Shown: in pieces, positions 1 through 9,848 of the stretch
How positions within the stretch are numbered: position 1 is the stretch's first letter
Layout of the letters: every line of letters begins with the position of its first letter
Source: an uncultured Methanospirillum sp.
GTDB taxonomy: Archaea; Halobacteriota; Methanomicrobia; Methanomicrobiales; Methanospirillaceae
Length of the DNA: 39,625 bases
Direction of reading: 5' to 3'
Assembly (NCBI GenBank): GCA_964637135.1
Contig: CAZWTX010000025.1
Coordinates: 1 to 39,625, forward strand
The notes under the pieces: model-generated
The model's database searches: none
Seen by the model: only the letters and a program-made list of their open reading frames with translations
Told to the model about the DNA's origin: nothing
Program-made: the position numbers and the translations under genes

Positions 1-1139
1 CGGTTCTCGATCAGCTCGATCAGGATCTCTCCCTGCCGTCGGGTAAGTTTCTTCTGTGATCGGATTATCTCCCTGGCTTTGATCTGGGACTCCTGGACCG
101 TTTCGATATAGGCAGTCAGGTCTTCAAGGGCAGTATTCATACACCTGACATGATACCGGATAAAATAGGTCAGGTCATTCTCATCATACTCGGAGTAGAG
201 GTATGCACGTGCGTAATTCGTTTTTGTTCTTAAAATAACCCTGGAAATGGAGAGATATTCCATCAGCCAGTATCCCTTCGAGAGCGTATACCAGTAGAAG
301 AGACTGCGGGCAGTTCGCCCGTTTCCATCATTAAACGGGTGAATATACCCGATAAGAAAATGGATAATGATCCCTTTGATGATCGGGTGGATGAATCGCT
401 TCTCATCATCTGAATTCACAAACCGACAGAGTTCATGAACAAGGTCAGGCAGCTCTGTATAATCCGGAGGGATGTGATGGATGGTGTGGGAGAGCGGATC
501 TACCACCGTTACCTCGTTGTTATCCCGGAAAGCCCCGACATCTTCATCCCTGATAGTATCCCTGGTGATATGCTGCTGGATGAGAAGAAGCAGATCCGGG
601 GTGAGCGGTTCATGGAGATGGTTTTTGATGAGTTGCATCGTCTCATAATTATTGAATACCATCCGTTCCCCGGAATTTTTTGGTTTCTTTCTCTTTTCAA
701 GCATCTCCCTGGCAGCTCTCCGGGTCGTTACCGCTCCTTCAAGGATGCTTGACGCGATTGCTTCCTCCATTAATGATTGGATGAGGTACCGCTTCTCAGG
801 CTTTACTTCCCTGCTGTGAACCTGGATGGTTCCGGAGAGGTATCGATCCGATTCATGGATGCGATGCAGGATTTCCGGAAGGAGGTGATATTTCATCGGG
901 AGGAGCGTGAATGGAACGTTATCCAGCCTCATACTCCGGAACAATTTCATGAGAGCCCAGGTATTCTCCCTCTCCTCCCGGTTTCTGATCCGGTATTTCA
1001 GTTCATCCCAGTAGTAATACTCCTCGTTGTAACCGGAGACGGTTTTCTGGAGATCCGCGTCCCGGTAGTACTGCTCGATGAGTGCTGCCATCCTGGCCGG
1101 ATCGATCTTTTTCGGGATTTTATCAGGTAATTTTTTCAT
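1..1139 (-). CDS. Fic family protein (AMPylase-like), runs off the left edge of the window (3' end missing)
   Basis: Not in the ORF track; translated by hand from ATG at 1139 (MKKLPDKIPKKIDPARM...). Contains the canonical Fic loop HPFNDGNGRTAR (His codon at 341-339, in frame) and an upstream SSILEG segment matching the (S/T)xxxE(G/N) autoinhibitory motif. Confidence 0.92.
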   Translation of the reverse strand, partial: MKKLPDKIPKKIDPARMAALIEQYYRDADLQKTVSGYNEEYYYWDELKYRIRNREERENTWALMKLFRSMRLDNVPFTLLPMKYHLLPEILHRIHESDRYLSGTIQVHSREVKPEKRYLIQSLMEEAIASSILEGAVTTRRAAREMLEKRKKPKNSGERMVFNNYETMQLIKNHLHEPLTPDLLLLIQQHITRDTIRDEDVGAFRDNNEVTVVDPLSHTIHHIPPDYTELPDLVHELCRFVNSDDEKRFIHPIIKGIIIHFLIGYIHPFNDGNGRTARSLFYWYTLSKGYWLMEYLSISRVILRTKTNYARAYLYSEYDENDLTYFIRYHVRCMNTALEDLTAYIETVQESQIKAREIIRSQKKLTRRQGEILIELIEN

Positions 1140-1179
1140 CTGGGCTCGTATGGTTATTTGATTAAAGATGATAAACTAT

Positions 1180-1264
1180 TATCTCCCAATTTGGGACATA
1201 TTGGTAGATATTAGTAATCCGAGGAGTATATAATATCTCCCAATCCGGGATGAATTGGGAGATA
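1180..1264. promoter_or_regulatory. Cluster of TATCTCCCAAT direct/inverted repeats upstream of the Fic gene (candidate operator)
   Basis: TATCTCCCAAT at 1180-1190 and 1234-1244; exact reverse complement ATTGGGAGATA at 1254-1264; one-mismatch inverted copies TTGGGACATA (1191-1200) and ATTGGTAGATA (1200-1210). Confidence 0.6.
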
Positions 1265-1511
1265 GTGATATGAAAAATGGTAGTGTCTCTTTGATTATAC
1301 CGTGAATCGTCCCTGAAATGATTACATTAGATTCGGTTAGGGAACCGCCTTCACAAGCAGTATATCTCCTCCACCAGTGGGTATCAGTCAGGAGTAGCTC
1401 TTCCCCTTTTTACAAAAGACCCCGGGTCCGGTCGGTTCTGTGTCTTTCCATTCTGGGTCATGTCAGGGATCAACCCTCCTGGTTTACCTCTTCGCCTGAT
1501 GATAATCTTCT

Positions 1512-2195
1512 ATGAATGCTGAGGAGATCAGGCAGGCATGCCAGGCAGCCGGGGCAGATCTCTGTGGTATCGCCCCGGTGGAACGATTCTCCGGAGCCCC
1601 GGCCGGACATCATCCGACGGATCTCCTCCCTGACTGCCGGTCGGTCATCGTGCTCGCCTGCCGGTTTCCGGTCCCTTCCCCGGATACGACTCCGGAAGAA
1701 TATACCCAGAATAGAAATATAATAACAGAATACCTCGACAACATCACGAAAAAAGTCTCCGGACAGATGACCATCGGGGGGATGACGGTGAAGACGATAT
1801 CCCCGCTGGAACCCGGGTCCTGGGATCCGGATGGCCGGTTCCGGGCACCACTCTCCCTGAAACATGCCGGGGTATTCGCCGGTCTTGGAACGATGGGGAA
1901 GAATACCCTGCTCATCAATGACCGGTTCGGGAACATGATCTGGCTCTCGGCCATCCTGACCACCGCTTCTCTTGAACCTGATCCCCTGGCCTCCTATTCC
2001 GTATGCCTGGATTTCTGTTCTGCCTGCATTGATGCCTGTCCGGTGAATGCCATCGGTGACGGGATGAAAGACCAGCTTACCTGTTTCTCCCATGCCTACC
2101 TCGTCCGGGACGAGAAGGATACGGTTCTCTGCTGGAGATGCAGGGTGGTATGTCCGCATCGGCAGGGACTCTCCTCATTTCTCGAAAACCACTAA
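1512..2195 (+). CDS. Epoxyqueuosine reductase (QueG)-like 4Fe-4S protein
   Basis: GADLCGIA N-terminus, SLKHAGVFAGLGTMGKNTLLINDRFG segment, CxxCxxCxxxCP and CWRCRVVCP cluster motifs. Confidence 0.85.
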   Translation: MNAEEIRQACQAAGADLCGIAPVERFSGAPAGHHPTDLLPDCRSVIVLACRFPVPSPDTTPEEYTQNRNIITEYLDNITKKVSGQMTIGGMTVKTISPLEPGSWDPDGRFRAPLSLKHAGVFAGLGTMGKNTLLINDRFGNMIWLSAILTTASLEPDPLASYSVCLDFCSACIDACPVNAIGDGMKDQLTCFSHAYLVRDEKDTVLCWRCRVVCPHRQGLSSFLENH

Positions 2196-2406
2196 GCCAA
2201 TTGTCAAAAAAAGGATAGGATTTCTCCTTTCTGTGTAAGGAGAAATTCAAAGGCTTTTTAGAGACTAGTTATTCTTCCCCGGTCATTCCCGATGCAATTT
2301 GTCACAACAATTCCTTGCGAGGACATCATCATCGGAAACAAACCGGACCATGTCTATCATACGACCGGGTACCTTTACCAGTTATTTTAAGAAATGCCCC
2401 TCGATA

Positions 2407-2796
2407 TCAGACCTTGACCCGTCCCGTTTCCCGGAAGACCTCGTCTGCCGCAAACAATGCATTCAGCGTCGCCGGGAACCCGGCATAGGCACTCATCGTG
2501 TTGATCACCGTCAGGATCTCATCGGGAGTCAGGCCGACATGCAGGCCGGCATGGATATGCACCTTGAGCTGGGGGATAGCATACCCGAGGGCGGTCAGGG
2601 CAGCGATGACCGCAACCTCCCGGGTCTTGTTATCGATAGCCGGCAGGGATCCGATCTCACCATAACTCTCGACGAGGTATCGTGCCATGAACGGTGATAT
2701 CCGGTTCAGCCGTTCATACACCTGTTCCCCGGCCTCACCATCTATCTCTTTCAGTTTCTCCATGCCGATGCTGAAACGATCACATTCTTCCTGCAT
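2407..2796 (-). CDS. Carboxymuconolactone decarboxylase (CMD/AhpD-like) family protein
   Basis: KTREVAVIAALTALG...QLKVHIHAGLHVGLT.DEI...YAGFPA pattern typical of CMD proteins; 129 aa. Confidence 0.88.
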   Translation of the reverse strand: MQEECDRFSIGMEKLKEIDGEAGEQVYERLNRISPFMARYLVESYGEIGSLPAIDNKTREVAVIAALTALGYAIPQLKVHIHAGLHVGLTPDEILTVINTMSAYAGFPATLNALFAADEVFRETGRVKV

Positions 2797-2830
2797 AGAT
2801 CAGCATGAGGTGTTCAGGGGTAAATAGTTT

Positions 2831-2845
2831 GTTAGATCTAACTAA
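2831..2845. promoter_or_regulatory. Palindromic candidate repressor site upstream of the CMD gene
   Basis: GTTAGATCTAAC (2831-2842) is a perfect palindrome in an AT-rich patch about 35 nt upstream of the CMD start codon. Confidence 0.45.
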
Positions 2846-2944
2846 TTGCTTTCGCTCCCGGATGACCGGGAGTCAGCCGGTCCCGTCACAGGGGATGGTT
2901 CCAGCGATATTGCCTCCAGTCTGCTTCAGATCATCCCGTCCAGA

Positions 2945-3574
2945 TCATCCGGCAAGATAGGAGAGATCATTGATCTTCTTCACGATCACGGCTCCCCCTG
3001 GACTGGTGACCAGTAGAGAAACTCCTCCCGGCAGGCCGATAAACTTAATCCGGTCCATCGATTCGATGCCAACGCCGATAAGGACCGACAGGATCAGGCC
3101 GATCGTACCGCCGTGGGTGACAATGATGAGATTGTGATCCCGGATAAGACTAATCTGTTCGAGAAACGGGTTGAGCCGGTTAAAATGGTCCCTTTTCTAT
3201 TCTGCATCAGGTAGACACCGGTAATCGATTACCGAAACATTTGTTGTCTGTTCTGCCTGGTGTTCTCTCAGCCAGGTGACTGGTTTGCCGGTAGCACTCC
3301 CAAGATGACTCTCCCGGAGTGCATGGCATGGTTCCGGTTTGACATGAAGTGATGCTGCAATTGGTTCAGCGGTCTGTCGGGCACGGAGGAGATCAGAGGT
3401 GAAGAGCCTGACTGATCTCCCCGTGAACTCCCTGCCGATCGCCCGGGCAATGGCACCCGCCTGTTCCAGGCCGGTACTGGTCAGTTCCCAGTCAGTCCAT
3501 CCCCCGATCATGCCGTTAGTGTGATGCATTGACTGGGTATGCTGGATCAGAACGATATGCTGCATAAATGGCAT
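2945..3574 (-). pseudogene. Histidine phosphatase (phosphoglycerate mutase superfamily) gene interrupted by one in-frame TAG at 3199-3197
   Basis: N-part has IQHTQS (RHG-equivalent), TSDLLRARQTA and LRE. After the TAG the same frame continues (KRDHFNRLNPFLEQ...NLIIVTHGGTI...KKINDLSYLAG) to TGA at 2947-2945 and contains the second catalytic His (THGG). Confidence 0.85.
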
Positions 3575-3581
3575 TTATTAC

Positions 3582-4028
3582 TCATATCCTCCCGTAATAC
3601 TCGGGAAAACTCCTGATGATCAACCGGAACGCCTCCGCGATAGTTTCCATCTCTGCCGGGGAAACCCGGGTGGAGACGATCCTAATAAAGTTCCGGTAGG
3701 TCTGCTGTTTGAGCCGGATGATCCTAGCTCCGGTATCACTCAGCGTTAAATGATAGATACGCTGGTCTTCCTCCGAACGAGTTCGTACAATAAACCCGTT
3801 TTTTACGAGTTTTGTCACCACGACAGTCACCGTTGGCTTGCTCACCCCGAGGGTTTCTGCAAGAGCCGTCAGCGTCGTGGTCCCCTGTCGTTCGATCTCC
3901 TGGAGGTAAAAGAACTGGTTGATGGTAACGTCAGGCAGGCCGCTCTCCCTGACCGCCGATTCGTCCGCTTCCCGGAGAACCTCGTGGTATACCCTGATAA
4001 ACCGGAGGAAGAGTTCCTCTGCATCCAT
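3582..4028 (-). CDS. MarR family transcriptional regulator
   Basis: TLTALAETLGVSKPTVTVVVTKLVKNGFIVRTRSEEDQR winged helix with DxR motif. Start placed at MDAEEL (4028; 4055 also possible) because the longer track ORF overlaps the upstream gene. Confidence 0.9.
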   Translation of the reverse strand: MDAEELFLRFIRVYHEVLREADESAVRESGLPDVTINQFFYLQEIERQGTTTLTALAETLGVSKPTVTVVVTKLVKNGFIVRTRSEEDQRIYHLTLSDTGARIIRLKQQTYRNFIRIVSTRVSPAEMETIAEAFRLIIRSFPEYYGRI

Positions 4029-4084
4029 TACTGAGTAAGGGGAGGCGGGAGCCATGAAGGTTATGAGTCCGGGCGTCACCCGGT

Positions 4085-4933
4085 TCAGAGGTAGATCCTG
4101 CTCTGTTTTGCCTCCATCTCCGGGATCGTGATCCCTTCCCCTTTCAGTTTGAACTCCCATGATCCGGTCATGTCGTTGATGATGATGGCCTCTTCCGGGC
4201 AGCGGGCAACGCAGCCAAGGCAGGCGATGCACCGGTCTCCACAGGCTGTGCCGGTTGTAGCATCAAAGGCTTGGGCAGGACAGTTCTCCTCGCAGGCCAT
4301 GCACATGCAGCATGCTGCCCCGTGCCTGCCGGGAAGCGAGGTCAGGATCCTGAACCGGAATCCCTCGATTCGGTCAAGAAGTTCCTCCGGATAATCAGTC
4401 GCTTCAAACGGGCCGGGAAGACCTGAGTCTTCACCGCTGAACCGACGGAACGTGAGTTCTGCAAACTCCCGGGCGACGGCAGCATCTGATTCATCAGGCC
4501 GGTTTTCCATCGCCTTCCATCCCCCGAGATTGAAGGTATGGGCTGCCAGGAACTCGGCAGAGGAGACGAGGGTAAATCCCTGCTGTTCAAGGAGGTTCCG
4601 GGTCGAATGATGGGCCGGGTGGATCCCGAACCCCCCGTATGTGAAGAACGTGGCGCATTTCTTCCCGGTCCCGTCAAGGAGCCTGATCCACTCCCTGACG
4701 ATCCGGGGGGCCCGCCAGGAGTGGACCGGCATGCCGATGATCAGGGCATCGTACCCGGCAGGATCGATTTCTTTCTGCCTGGCAGTGGCCGGGGTAATAT
4801 CCATCTCCGTGATCTCTGCCCCGGGACGGGTAAGTGTCCCGGCAACTTCGCGGGAGATCTTCGCCGTGTTTCCGGTGGCCGAGAAGGTCAGGATGGCTAT
4901 CCGTATTCCGTTGTTCTGTCTGTCTGGTGTCAT
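4085..4933 (-). CDS. Flavodoxin-ferredoxin fusion (EFR1-like ferrodoxin)
   Basis: N-terminal flavodoxin motif FSATGNT; C-terminal CxxCxxCxxxCP twice (CCMCMACEENCP, CIACLGCVARCP). Confidence 0.88.
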   Translation of the reverse strand: MTPDRQNNGIRIAILTFSATGNTAKISREVAGTLTRPGAEITEMDITPATARQKEIDPAGYDALIIGMPVHSWRAPRIVREWIRLLDGTGKKCATFFTYGGFGIHPAHHSTRNLLEQQGFTLVSSAEFLAAHTFNLGGWKAMENRPDESDAAVAREFAELTFRRFSGEDSGLPGPFEATDYPEELLDRIEGFRFRILTSLPGRHGAACCMCMACEENCPAQAFDATTGTACGDRCIACLGCVARCPEEAIIINDMTGSWEFKLKGEGITIPEMEAKQSRIYL

Positions 4934-4941
4934 GGTATCAT

Positions 4942-4962
4942 TTGGTAAACATGCTTAACAAT
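4942..4962. promoter_or_regulatory. Candidate MarR operator upstream of the ferrodoxin gene
   Basis: TTGGTAA-acatgc-TTAACAAT pseudo-palindrome; near-identical arms recur at 5476-5495. Confidence 0.5.
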
Positions 4963-4980
4963 AAAATCCCCGAAAAAAAA

Positions 4981-5466
4981 TTACTCCGGGATGAACTCTT
5001 CTATGGTCTCTTCAATCGCCTGGAAGAAATTCATCAGGCCGGCTACCTGTTCGGGGCTCAGATCTCCGAGTTTCTCCTGCATCCGGGCGAAGATGACAGC
5101 ATGGTGCTGTTCATGTCCGAGATGTGCGATCCGGCCCACGGCCGTCAGTTTCAGAAGAGTCTCCTTTGCGTTGTCCGGGCTCCGGTACCGTTTGACGAGG
5201 CCCTTCTGTTCGAGCCGCGAGACCATCTGGGAGATGGCACTCTTCGAGATCCCCTCGTGTGCTGCAAGGGTGGTGATGTTCTGTCCCGGATCCCGTCCGA
5301 TCTGCATGATGGTATGGATCTCGGCGTTATGGAGGAGATCACCGGAACCATAGTCCCGGGGAGTCCCATCCAGGGTCGCCATTTTTGTCATGATCCGGAT
5401 CCAGGCATCAGAGAGCTGCATCAGGTCAGGGGCCGGACCGGACCCGTCCCGGGGAAAGGTATTCAT
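4981..5466 (-). CDS. MarR family transcriptional regulator
   Basis: EIHTIMQIG...NITTLAAHEGISKSAISQMVSRLEQKGLVKR...DNAKETLLKLT winged helix; T-run on the minus strand directly after the stop. Confidence 0.9.
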   Translation of the reverse strand: MNTFPRDGSGPAPDLMQLSDAWIRIMTKMATLDGTPRDYGSGDLLHNAEIHTIMQIGRDPGQNITTLAAHEGISKSAISQMVSRLEQKGLVKRYRSPDNAKETLLKLTAVGRIAHLGHEQHHAVIFARMQEKLGDLSPEQVAGLMNFFQAIEETIEEFIPE

Positions 5467-5475
5467 TGTCCCATA

Positions 5476-5495
5476 TTGGTAAGCACTTTAACAAT
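5476..5495. promoter_or_regulatory. Candidate MarR autoregulatory operator
   Basis: TTGGTAA-gcact-TTAACAAT about 10 nt upstream of the marR start; same arms as 4942-4962. Confidence 0.5.
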
Positions 5496-5717
5496 ATAAG
5501 GATCCCTGGTAAAGCAGGCAGACCGCCTGGCTGCCTGTAGAATATCACCTGGATGAGATCTATCCCGGGCCGGTATTGTTTCCTTCGCGATACAACAGGG
5601 GGCGGCATGAATGGATCTCCGATCAACTTCAAAGCATTATTCACGTATTATGCATTACCTCTATGACTGAATCAGGAAGTCAACACCATTGGGTTGATTT
5701 CTCACAGAGGTACTGAC

Positions 5718-6776
5718 ATGAAGAGATTCTGGTTATCCGGATTGCTTGCAATTCTGTTGATCCTGGCCGGGTTCGGCCCGGGTCTTGTCTCTGCTGAAGA
5801 GACAAAGACGATTACCGACATGTACGGACGGGAAGTTACGGTCCCAGCCGAGATCGACTCCGTCCTGAGCACCGCTCCGCCGTCAACCGAGGCAACCTAC
5901 ATGATCGCCCCGGATGTCCTGATCGGACTGAATTTCGCAGTGAACGGATCGAAATACTTCCCTGAGAAGTACAAATCCCTCCCGAACGTTGGCGGACAGC
6001 AGATGGGGAACACCCTGAACTATGAGACCTTCCTTGCTATGAACCCTGATATCGTTCTCCTTGGATTTACTCCGGGAAATGATATCTCCACGACGATAGA
6101 GACCATGGAAACGAAACTCGCTCCTATCCCGGTCGTCGCGATCGCAGACTCGACCAATGCCCTCAACTACGGCCCTGAGATCGAATTCCTCGGAGAACTC
6201 TTCGGGGAGGAGGAGCAGGCCGCCGAGCTGACCGGATATTATGATGACGTCTTCGCAAAAGTGAATTCGACCATTGCAACCATCCCGACCGGGGATCGGA
6301 TCAGGGTCTACTATGCCGAAGGTGCGGACGGGCTTTCGACCGACCCTGAATCTTCTGCCCATGCCCAGCTGATCACGATCTGCGGCGGGGAGAACGTGGC
6401 CGATATCACGGAGAAAGGTGGAGGGGGGATGGCCCCGGTTACGATGGAACAGGTTGCGTCATGGAACCCTGAACTGATCCTCTGTGGCGACAGTACATTC
6501 TATAATTCTGTTCTTTCAGATCCGAACTGGCAGGGAATCGATGCAGTAGAGAACAAGAGGGTCTACCTCATTCCAAACCAGCCCTTCGGATGGATCGACC
6601 GGCCACCGGGCGTGAACCGGATCATCGGCATTCCCTGGCTTGCAAAGGTTCTCTACCCGGAGAAGTTTCAGGATCTTGATCTTGCAGCATATATCAGGGA
6701 GTTTTACTCGCAGTTCATCCATTACGACCTGACCGATGATGAGGTCAATGCCATCATCACCGGTTCCGGTCTCTGA
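5718..6776 (+). CDS. ABC transporter substrate-binding protein, iron-siderophore/cobalamin (helical backbone) family
   Basis: Signal peptide MKRFWLSGLLAILLILAG..., ITDMYGREVTVP, PDIV, EQVASWNPELI, AVENKRVYLIP, WIDRPP motifs; start placed at MKRF after a GAGG RBS. Confidence 0.9.
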   Translation: MKRFWLSGLLAILLILAGFGPGLVSAEETKTITDMYGREVTVPAEIDSVLSTAPPSTEATYMIAPDVLIGLNFAVNGSKYFPEKYKSLPNVGGQQMGNTLNYETFLAMNPDIVLLGFTPGNDISTTIETMETKLAPIPVVAIADSTNALNYGPEIEFLGELFGEEEQAAELTGYYDDVFAKVNSTIATIPTGDRIRVYYAEGADGLSTDPESSAHAQLITICGGENVADITEKGGGGMAPVTMEQVASWNPELILCGDSTFYNSVLSDPNWQGIDAVENKRVYLIPNQPFGWIDRPPGVNRIIGIPWLAKVLYPEKFQDLDLAAYIREFYSQFIHYDLTDDEVNAIITGSGL

Positions 6777-7293
6777 AAACTTATCCTGGTATCCCTGGAT
6801 GGACCACTGGTTCATCCGTTTTCCGGCAGGAGGATGAATCCCTGCCGGGAAGGATTCGGGTTCTGTATTCTCTTTTTTTGTGGAGATACATCCGGAGGAG
6901 CGGGGATCAAGAAATACAGGATGCTCCTTTCAGATAGCGAACCCAAACCCATGGTGTTCTGACATGAAGGAGAGATCAGGCTGATGGATACTTCCGGGGA
7001 ATATGCACCCTTCATGTAACTTCCTCTAAATCCGCTCCCGCTCTGGATTTTCATGCGTCCTGACCGGAAGGATCACGGTGTGTACAAACCCGGGTTCATC
7101 TCTGCGAACAGTAGAACCTCAGCTCCAATACCCGGGGCTCCTCAGGAAAGCCGGCCAGGTCGGTTATTACTCCCGCTCCCGGCACAAGACCTGCCGGCTG
7201 ACTAACATGGCCTGATCCAGCATCCTCTCCTCTGTATGGCTGGATTATCGAAAACCGGGGGTACCTCAAAAAAAGATGAATGTCAGGGTCTTC

Positions 7294-9552
7294 TCACTCA
7301 TCGCCCCGGTCTTCCTTCACCTGGAACCGGTTCATCTCTGTGTTGAGTTCTCCGGCGACCGAACTGACAGAAGAGATGACCTTGACAACCTGCGAAACCG
7401 AGTCTGACATCTCTGCAGTGATCGTTGCCGATCTCTCTGCCTGTCCGGTAGTCTGGCGGATACTGGTGAGAATCTCGTTGATAATTGCCGTGATCTCCTC
7501 CACGGCTGCTGCCTGTTCTTCGGAAGATGCAGCCACGTCGGCAATCTTCCGGCTGATATCCTCAACTGAGGTGACGATCTCTTTGAACACTGCGAGCGTG
7601 TCAGAGACTGATTCGATACCTCCCTTCACCTGCCGGTTTGCCTCATCCATCACCTGTGCCGCATTTTCCGACTGCTTGTCAAGGACTGAGATCATCTCCC
7701 CGATGTTCTCAGCCGAGACCCGTGACTGGGCGGCAAGTTCCTTGACCTCTCCGGCAACAACCGCAAATCCAAGTCCTGCATCCCCTGCCCGGGCTGCCTC
7801 GATGGCAGCGTTCAGGGCGAGCAGGTTGGTCTGGTCGGCAATATCGGTTATGATCGTGACAATATTACCAATCTCACGCATCTGATCCCGTATTACCTGG
7901 ATCAGCCGGTTCAGGTCCCCGGCTGAATGGTTAATCCCGGCCATTCCCATCTCAGCCGTTCTTGCGAGCTCTTCTCCTTTTGAAGAGAGGGTATTTGTTT
8001 CAATAGCAAGAGAGGATACCTGCTCGGCCTTCACCGAAATGTCGCTGACGGCAACCGAGAAATCCTCGACTGTCCGGAGTACATCGGCAACGCTCCGCTC
8101 CCCGGTCTTCGAGTTTTTCTCCACGATACGGCTGTTCTCTGCGACTTCTTCGGAGCCGGATGCGATGGCCCGGATACTGGCATCTGCCTCCATGGCCCCG
8201 GAAGAGAGATCATCGACATGCCGCTTGATGGTCAGAACTGTCTGTGATATCTGCTCCCCGACATTGTCCAGTGAGTCCTTCAGGCGGGCGAATTCTCCTT
8301 CTACGGCAAACGATTCATCGAACCGGGATACAAATGAGTTATCTGCGAATTTCCCGGAGAGCCTGATTGCTTCGTTGATCGGATATACAATGGCATCGAG
8401 GAGCTCGTTAACCTGGACGATGATCTTCCTGAATTCGCCCTGGTATCGTTCGGGATCAGCCCTCGCGGAGAGTTTTCCTTCTGTTGCCATCGAGGTGAGG
8501 TCGGTGATATCCTTTGTCATCTCGGCAATACTGGTCCGCATCGATACCATCGCATTACCGAGGATATCTCTCTCGCTCATCACCGGGATGTCAACCGTCA
8601 GGTTCCCCCTCGCGATTTCGGATGCAGCTTCCGCTTTTCCTGACAGGGACTCCTGCATATCTCCGAATGCCTGGTTCAGGTCGTTTATTTCGATGACATC
8701 AGACTGTACCGGTTCTATCCTGATTGTCTCCCCCCTGCTCACCTGCCCTGCGAACGCGGTGATCCGCTGGATGGGGTTGCTTATCGAACGGGCGAAAAGG
8801 AATCCTGTCCCGAATACCACAAGAGCCGTTATAATGAAACAGACGAGGATCAGGGTCTCGACCATGGCGGTCCGTTCCCTGATTACCGTCGTGGTCTGGT
8901 TGATATTATCATTGATCTGTTGTTCGGTCGTCTTGACCGGGGCGGAAAATTCATCGATATACGTGGTTGCCCCAATCCGCAGAGTAATCCCGTCAGCGGT
9001 TTTTACACTCGTACAGGTGTAATAACCGAATTTATCCCGCATTACGCCGTCGGCATCCTCCCAGGGGTAATACCCCGATGAATCCTGGTTGTTCCCTCCT
9101 TTCACGATGATACTGTAAAACTCGGGATTGCTCGTCTCCATTGTGTGATAATCGGTTCCCACATTCTTGGCATTCTTATGGAACCGGTTGATCAGGGTTG
9201 CACTATCCATGGCAGTCGTGTACCCGGTCGTTCCGACCGACTGGACAATAATTTCCTGGAATTTGGGATCCTTCTGGAGATCGGCAATGGTCATGCCCGG
9301 ATGGGCAGAGAGGTAGATATCAACCTGCTTCTTCACATCGGTGGCAATTCTTTTGATCATCTCCTCTCCAAGCCCGTTGAGGGCAGTAGTAGAACTCTGC
9401 AGGGCCCCCTCCCCGACGAGCCGGGTCTGTTCGGTTGTCAGCGTTCCGAGTTTCTGGGTCTCCCAGAATGAGATCATCCCGATGATCCCAAGGGGAACGA
9501 GGGAGATGGCGAGCATAACCACAAGAAGTTTGTTGCGTATCGTCCAATTCAT
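7294..9552 (-). CDS. Methyl-accepting chemotaxis protein (2 TM, extracellular sensor, HAMP domains)
   Basis: [37 protein letters not shown] signalling hairpin; two hydrophobic segments; start at [10 protein letters not shown] preceded by GGAGGA. Confidence 0.95.
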   Translation of the reverse strand: MNWTIRNKLLVVMLAISLVPLGIIGMISFWETQKLGTLTTEQTRLVGEGALQSSTTALNGLGEEMIKRIATDVKKQVDIYLSAHPGMTIADLQKDPKFQEIIVQSVGTTGYTTAMDSATLINRFHKNAKNVGTDYHTMETSNPEFYSIIVKGGNNQDSSGYYPWEDADGVMRDKFGYYTCTSVKTADGITLRIGATTYIDEFSAPVKTTEQQINDNINQTTTVIRERTAMVETLILVCFIITALVVFGTGFLFARSISNPIQRITAFAGQVSRGETIRIEPVQSDVIEINDLNQAFGDMQESLSGKAEAASEIARGNLTVDIPVMSERDILGNAMVSMRTSIAEMTKDITDLTSMATEGKLSARADPERYQGEFRKIIVQVNELLDAIVYPINEAIRLSGKFADNSFVSRFDESFAVEGEFARLKDSLDNVGEQISQTVLTIKRHVDDLSSGAMEADASIRAIASGSEEVAENSRIVEKNSKTGERSVADVLRTVEDFSVAVSDISVKAEQVSSLAIETNTLSSKGEELARTAEMGMAGINHSAGDLNRLIQVIRDQMREIGNIVTIITDIADQTNLLALNAAIEAARAGDAGLGFAVVAGEVKELAAQSRVSAENIGEMISVLDKQSENAAQVMDEANRQVKGGIESVSDTLAVFKEIVTSVEDISRKIADVAASSEEQAAAVEEITAIINEILTSIRQTTGQAERSATITAEMSDSVSQVVKVISSVSSVAGELNTEMNRFQVKEDRGDE

Positions 9553-9848
9553 AGTATCCTCCAACCCCGGATGGGTACGGCCATTACAGGCCGTCATATG
9601 AGAGACGAAGAGAAATAGTGGATTGTTAGCATAATACACCATAATACTATCTCGTGGATGCGGTCCTGTGCTACCGGACACCACGGGGTGTGCTGAAAAA
9701 CCTGCCTGCGTCCCGGAGGGGCCCGGGTCAGAAATGGCGGGCTTCGGATGAAACCGGTTCATCCCCGGGAACGTTCTTCTGTATTCATACCGGGCATGCA
9801 GGCCAAATCATTATCAGATCCCGTGTGAATACTCCGCACAGATGCAAT

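Noticed and set aside
435..1130. Plus-strand ORFs 435-752 and 777-1130
   Set aside because: Antisense shadows of the Fic gene, which has clear motifs on the minus strand.
1512..2195. Gene symbol queG for the two QueG-like proteins
   Set aside because: Family resemblance only; queuosine is not an established archaeal modification.
3197..3199. Genome-wide TAG-to-pyrrolysine recoding
   Set aside because: TAG is the apparent terminator of the HIT gene and two secreted-protein genes in this window, and no pyl genes are seen.
6812..7054. 80-aa minus-strand ORF in the gap between the binding protein and the MCP
   Set aside because: No RBS, motif or compositional support.
7280..9601. Long plus-strand ORFs (201 aa, 327 aa and others) inside the MCP
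   Set aside because: Typical Ser-rich antisense frames of MCP coding sequence with no motifs.
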